From Candidatus Moraniibacteriota bacterium (GTDB taxonomy: Bacteria; Patescibacteriota; Minisyncoccia; Moranbacterales; GWC2-37-73): a DNA stretch of 64,000 nucleotides. The position numbers were made by a program, and so were the translations under genes. Location: NCBI GenBank assembly GCA_035390125.1, contig DAOOTD010000003.1, positions 20,122 through 84,121 on the forward strand. Reading direction: 5' to 3'. The notes beneath the pieces were generated by a model that was not told the origin of the DNA, searched no databases, and worked only from the letters and a program-made list of their open reading frames with translations. This document shows, in pieces, positions 61,001 through 64,000 of this stretch. How positions within the stretch are numbered: the first letter of the stretch is position 1; each line of letters begins with the position of its first letter.

Positions 61001-61528
61001 AATGAGTTTAGCACCAAAAAGTTTTTTGCCTTTTTGATATTCCATAGTGAAAAAAACACCGCTTGACCTAATCAATTGGCTAACCACAACACGTTCAACA
61101 CCGTTAATGACAAAGGTTCCGCGATCAGTCATTACCGGAAAGTCACCTAAATATATTTCTTGTTCTTTGATTTCTCCAGTTTTCTTAATCACTAAACGCG
61201 CTTTGGCTCTAAGAGGCGCTTCATAAGAAATGTTTTTATTTTTTGCAGTAATTTCGTCAGTTTTGGGTTCGTCTAAATAATAATCAGTGAGTGAAAGTTC
61301 AAGATCCTTTCCTGTAAAATCATTGATGGGGTTGATTTCGTCTAAAAGTTCCCGCAGTCCTTTTTCCAAAAACCATTGATAGGCATCGCTTTGAGCTTCA
61401 ATAAGATTTGGAAGCGAAACTACCAGCTGCTTGTGGAAAAATTTTCTACGTGACAGTGATGAAGATGCACCATAGGACTCCTTAACCTTCAAGGCTTTTT
61501 TTTCTTTGACCATAAAAACAACTCTCAC
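58073..61528 (-). CDS. rpoB: DNA-directed RNA polymerase subunit beta
   Basis: [30 protein letters not shown] (rifampicin-cluster region) and [22 protein letters not shown]; 1151 aa. Confidence 0.97.
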   Translation of the reverse strand: [1151 protein letters not shown]

Positions 61529-61712
61529 CAGTTCTTCGTGTCTTCGATTAATGTCTAAGAAGCGCGAAGCTCAGTAGCGAGTTTAAATTAAGTCTATTAA
61601 ATTATTTAGTTGTGTCTGTCATTCCCCTCTTGACAAAAAGATTGTGCCCTGTTTTCACCCAAAAACAGAGCAAAAAATAGAAGTACTTTCCTAAATCATG
61701 TATGTGCACACA

Positions 61713-61741
61713 AAAATATCATATATGTAAAATGTTGTCAA
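61713..61741 (-). promoter_or_regulatory. Weak candidate promoter for rpoBC, implying a ~180-nt structured leader
   Basis: Gene-strand TTGACA-17 nt-TATTTT. The leader contains CTGTTTT-tgggtg-AAAACAG. Confidence 0.3.
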
Positions 61742-61786
61742 CTGCGCCTATAAACCAGAAACCTTTTTATATAAAATAATTATATA

Positions 61787-61812
61787 AAAACCGCTTTTAC
61801 AAGCGGTTTTTT
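61787..61812 (-). terminator. Rho-independent terminator (bidirectional in form) after the 61831-62088 gene
   Basis: AAAACCGCTT-ttac-AAGCGGTTTT 10-bp stem with flanking T-runs. Confidence 0.65.
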
Positions 61813-61830
61813 AACAAGAAGATTGTTTTT

Positions 61831-62088
61831 TTATTTTTTCTTCTTTTTTGAGACTGCAACTATTAAACCGGTAATTGCTGCTCCAAGGGCTGCTCCTATC
61901 CCAGCAGAAATTGCAGCCGCTTTTTTAGGATTTTTTTTGATGTAGTTTCCAACTTTTTTTACAGCTACATCCATTTCCTTTTTAATTTTTTCATATTCCT
62001 TCATTGCAATTTTCTCAAGATCCGCACCTTTTTTTTGAGCAATTAAAATGTTCTTATTAATTGCTTTTTTTACTTTTCTTGTATTCAT
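61831..62088 (-). CDS. Small membrane-anchored protein (YqjD/ElaB-like architecture: helical N-terminus, C-terminal Gly-zipper TM)
   Basis: ...KKAAAISAGIGAALGAAITGLIVAVSKKKKK C-terminus; 85 aa. Confidence 0.45.
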   Translation of the reverse strand: MNTRKVKKAINKNILIAQKKGADLEKIAMKEYEKIKKEMDVAVKKVGNYIKKNPKKAAAISAGIGAALGAAITGLIVAVSKKKKK

Positions 62089-62152
62089 GTTTTATTTAAT
62101 TAAATTATTTAAAGTAGGATTTTAGCCTACAAAACTAACGGTTACTAAAATT

Positions 62153-62449
62153 TCAATCTTTAGACAATATATAACCAAATATAATAACAACAAAGCCTAC
62201 TAAACTCCAGCCAACCCATTGCAATTCATCACTTAAAAAAGTATTAACCATTATAGCAATACTTGTCAGAAAAAAAATAGCTCCAATCAACAATAAAATA
62301 GCTCCAATTGTACGTCTTTTCAGTTGATTTATAAATAGAGCAATTTTTTTAGATATATTGTTGCCAAAACGTTCAAGTATGTTACTTGCAAATCCTTGCA
62401 GAATTTTTTTCAGCTCGTTTTTATCTTCTTTTTTGTTTTTATTTTTCAT
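62153..62449 (-). CDS. Small two-TM membrane protein (holin-like topology), hypothetical
   Basis: Charged N-terminus then two hydrophobic helices (IGAILLLIGAIFFLTSIAIMV ; VGWSLVGFVVIIFGYIL); 98 aa. Confidence 0.45.
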   Translation of the reverse strand: MKNKNKKEDKNELKKILQGFASNILERFGNNISKKIALFINQLKRRTIGAILLLIGAIFFLTSIAIMVNTFLSDELQWVGWSLVGFVVIIFGYILSKD

Positions 62450-62523
62450 TTCTATTGCTGATTAATTTTAATAAATTTTATATCCGCCTTATGTCATAGT
62501 AATTATAACAGGTTTTTATTTTT

Positions 62524-62781
62524 TCACCTAATATTCCAGGCCTTAACAATTGACTGCACAATCCTTGTGGAAGTCACCCCTGATATTTCACTGACTTTGG
62601 GAATTATTCTTTCCACTTTTTCTTTCGGAATCTTATTTTTTCTAAGCAATTCATTGATTTTTGGCAAAAGTTGTTCACTCAAAGAATACTCTCCTTGCCA
62701 AGCATGTTCTGCAATTATTTTGCGTCCTGATTTTATTGATAATTTTATATTATTACCGTCTAAAAAAATATATAGAATCAT
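62524..62781 (-). CDS. Short ORF resembling only the N-terminal half of TsaB/YeaZ
   Basis: MILYIFLDGNNIKLSIKSGRKIIAEHAWQ...LLPKINELL...SGVTSTRIVQSIVKAW loosely aligns with TsaB residues 1-90 (LLP.I...L; GSFTGVRIG). No room exists downstream for the remainder; 85 aa. Confidence 0.3.
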   Translation of the reverse strand: MILYIFLDGNNIKLSIKSGRKIIAEHAWQGEYSLSEQLLPKINELLRKNKIPKEKVERIIPKVSEISGVTSTRIVQSIVKAWNIR

Positions 62782-62813
62782 AAGCTGTATAATTTTAAAT
62801 TATAAATTCCAGA

Positions 62814-63551
62814 TTATTTATCAATCTTGTCCCAATCTATATTCCACGGATCAGTTTTTCTTCCTGGCGCAATATCATTATGGCCTAGAACATATTTTAT
62901 TTGGTACTGTTTTTTAAGCAAATCTATCAGCCAATTCAGTGAATCGTATTGATTATCAGTAAATTTTCCTTCCTTAATATTTATCATCTCAATTCCGACA
63001 GAAAAGTTGTTTACATCAGTACGTCCATCTGGCATTTTACTGGTTCCGGCATGATAAGCAATATCCTGGTCTGCAACAAGACGATAAATTTTCCCGCCAC
63101 GATCAATGAGATAATGAGGAGAAACTCCATATTGTTTATACTCCGCAATAACGCCCTCAACACTATACGGATCGTTACCTATGGCATCGTATGCTGAATG
63201 TACTATTATTGTATCTATTTTCCTGTTACTGGAAATTTTAAATCCCCACGAAACAAGTCTGCTTATAATTTTATCTTCTTTATTTTCTCTGCTACTTGTC
63301 GTTTGTTCTTTGTCAATTGTTGTTTGTTGTTTATCATTTATAACTACTTCTTGAATACTATTTCCTGTTTCTTGATTCCCATTTTCTGATTTCTGATTAC
63401 TGTTTTCTGCCTCCTGCCCATTGTTTATCGCCTGTTGACTCTGAACTGAAATTTGTATAGTTTTTTTCTGACGAAAAAGTATAAACCCGAAAATTACCAA
63501 TAAAATTATGGCGATAAAAATAATAATTGATATGATAATTCTCTTTTGCAT
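62814..63551 (-). CDS. N-acetylmuramoyl-L-alanine amidase (Amidase_2/PGRP family) with N-terminal signal-anchor
   Basis: TIIVHSAYDAIG...SPHYLIDRGGKIYRLV...AYHAG...NNFSVGIEM...VLGHNDIAPGRKTDP (Zn-ligand pattern of Amidase_2). The N-terminal TM IISIIIFIAIILLVIFGFILF is followed by a Q/N/E-rich linker; 245 aa. Confidence 0.8.
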   Translation of the reverse strand: MQKRIIISIIIFIAIILLVIFGFILFRQKKTIQISVQSQQAINNGQEAENSNQKSENGNQETGNSIQEVVINDKQQTTIDKEQTTSSRENKEDKIISRLVSWGFKISSNRKIDTIIVHSAYDAIGNDPYSVEGVIAEYKQYGVSPHYLIDRGGKIYRLVADQDIAYHAGTSKMPDGRTDVNNFSVGIEMINIKEGKFTDNQYDSLNWLIDLLKKQYQIKYVLGHNDIAPGRKTDPWNIDWDKIDK

Positions 63552-63571
63552 ATCTTAAATTTAATAAAAAT

Positions 63572-64000
63572 TTAATCGTCCTCTTCATCTTCCTCGTCCT
63601 CATCCTTTCCTTTTTGGTTTTTGAACTGATCTAACCATTGGTTAAACATAGGATCGGTGGGATCAGGCATAGCGATATTCATAAACTTTCCTGAATCATC
63701 TTTGCCGTAACCATATTCCAGTTTTATGCTGACCTTATCTGAATCTGTTTTTTTTGCCTTATCTTCTGATATTTTTTTGCCAGACTTATTATTATAATAA
63801 ACAATTCTGGCAGTTATGCCAGCTATCTGTTCTTTGTCTTTTACAACTTCATAAGGCACAAACTCTTCATTAGATTTATTGGCTAAAACCCGAATCATAA
63901 AATCATTCCAAATTGGAGCTGCCACGTAAACTCCGTCTGAACCGATTTTCATGGCGTGATTGTCATTGTTGCCTGCCCATACTCCAACAGCCAAGGAAGG
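63572..64000 (-). CDS. Penicillin-binding protein 1A-like, C-terminal end only (gene continues beyond the window)
   Basis: ...VGVWAGNNDNHAMKIGSDGVYVAAPIWNDFM... is the conserved C-terminal transpeptidase segment of class A PBPs, followed by an acidic tail. The reading frame is open to the window edge. Confidence 0.7.
   Translation of the reverse strand, partial: PSLAVGVWAGNNDNHAMKIGSDGVYVAAPIWNDFMIRVLANKSNEEFVPYEVVKDKEQIAGITARIVYYNNKSGKKISEDKAKKTDSDKVSIKLEYGYGKDDSGKFMNIAMPDPTDPMFNQWLDQFKNQKGKDEDEEDEEDD

Overview
This is a 64 kb window of an AT-rich (about 30-35% GC) bacterial chromosome. The gene content and style (compact housekeeping genes, very large Thr/Gly-rich surface proteins, many small membrane proteins) suggest a Patescibacteria/CPR-like organism; that assignment is an inference. 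The standard genetic code appears to be in use: TGA is a genuine stop for the NUDIX gene (14980) and others, and long conserved proteins (RpoB, RpoC, IleS, LeuS, UvrA) translate cleanly. About 90% of genes lie on the minus strand.

Confidently recognised by conserved motifs:
- Translation and RNA metabolism: leuS, ileS, argS, folD, tgt, rsmI, the rpsF-ssb-rpsR operon, efp, and rpoB-rpoC.
- DNA repair and SOS-type genes: recO; the lexA-ftsK-rodZ-like-recA string (52799-53467 through 48183-49220); and a nucleotide-excision-repair cluster, uvrB-uvrA(paralog)-[small + strand ORF]-uvrC-uvrA, next to a YdjM-like membrane hydrolase.
- Cell envelope: an L,D-transpeptidase with LysM domain, an Amidase_2 peptidoglycan amidase, the C-terminus of a PBP1A, and a GT4 plus GT-C-like glycosyltransferase pair with a NUDIX hydrolase.
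- A YvcK/CofD-family protein, a nucleotidyltransferase and a HAD hydrolase at the left end, and a partial NRAMP transporter at the window edge.

The most unusual content:
1. A tandem cluster of secreted Gly/Thr/Cys-rich proteins at 18358-22255, with phage-tail-fibre-like repeats, a duplicated signal peptide/N-terminal region and an intragenic 140-bp direct repeat.
2. A 2211-aa surface protein (36693-43328) and its 658-aa neighbour (34528-36504). They share a C-terminal beta-sandwich/FN3 module and a conserved C-terminal 'SS(G/S)Q(F/N)WWY + TM + basic tail' motif, a candidate sorting signal. The giant gene carries near-identical ~311-bp tandem repeats internally, and a terminator-like hairpin plus 25-bp direct repeats in its leader.
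3. Two full-length uvrA paralogs flanking uvrC. The 3' half of the second copy is strikingly GC-rich, which suggests foreign origin. An opposite-strand Cys-containing ORF of unknown function sits between them.
4. A ~31-bp promoter/operator element shared almost base-for-base upstream of uvrA (27535-27565) and uvrB (34403-34433), and a perfect 17-bp palindrome overlapping the -10 box of lexA.
5. A 190-bp GC-rich intergenic island (14745-14935), a candidate structured ncRNA.

No tRNA, rRNA or CRISPR array was seen by eye.
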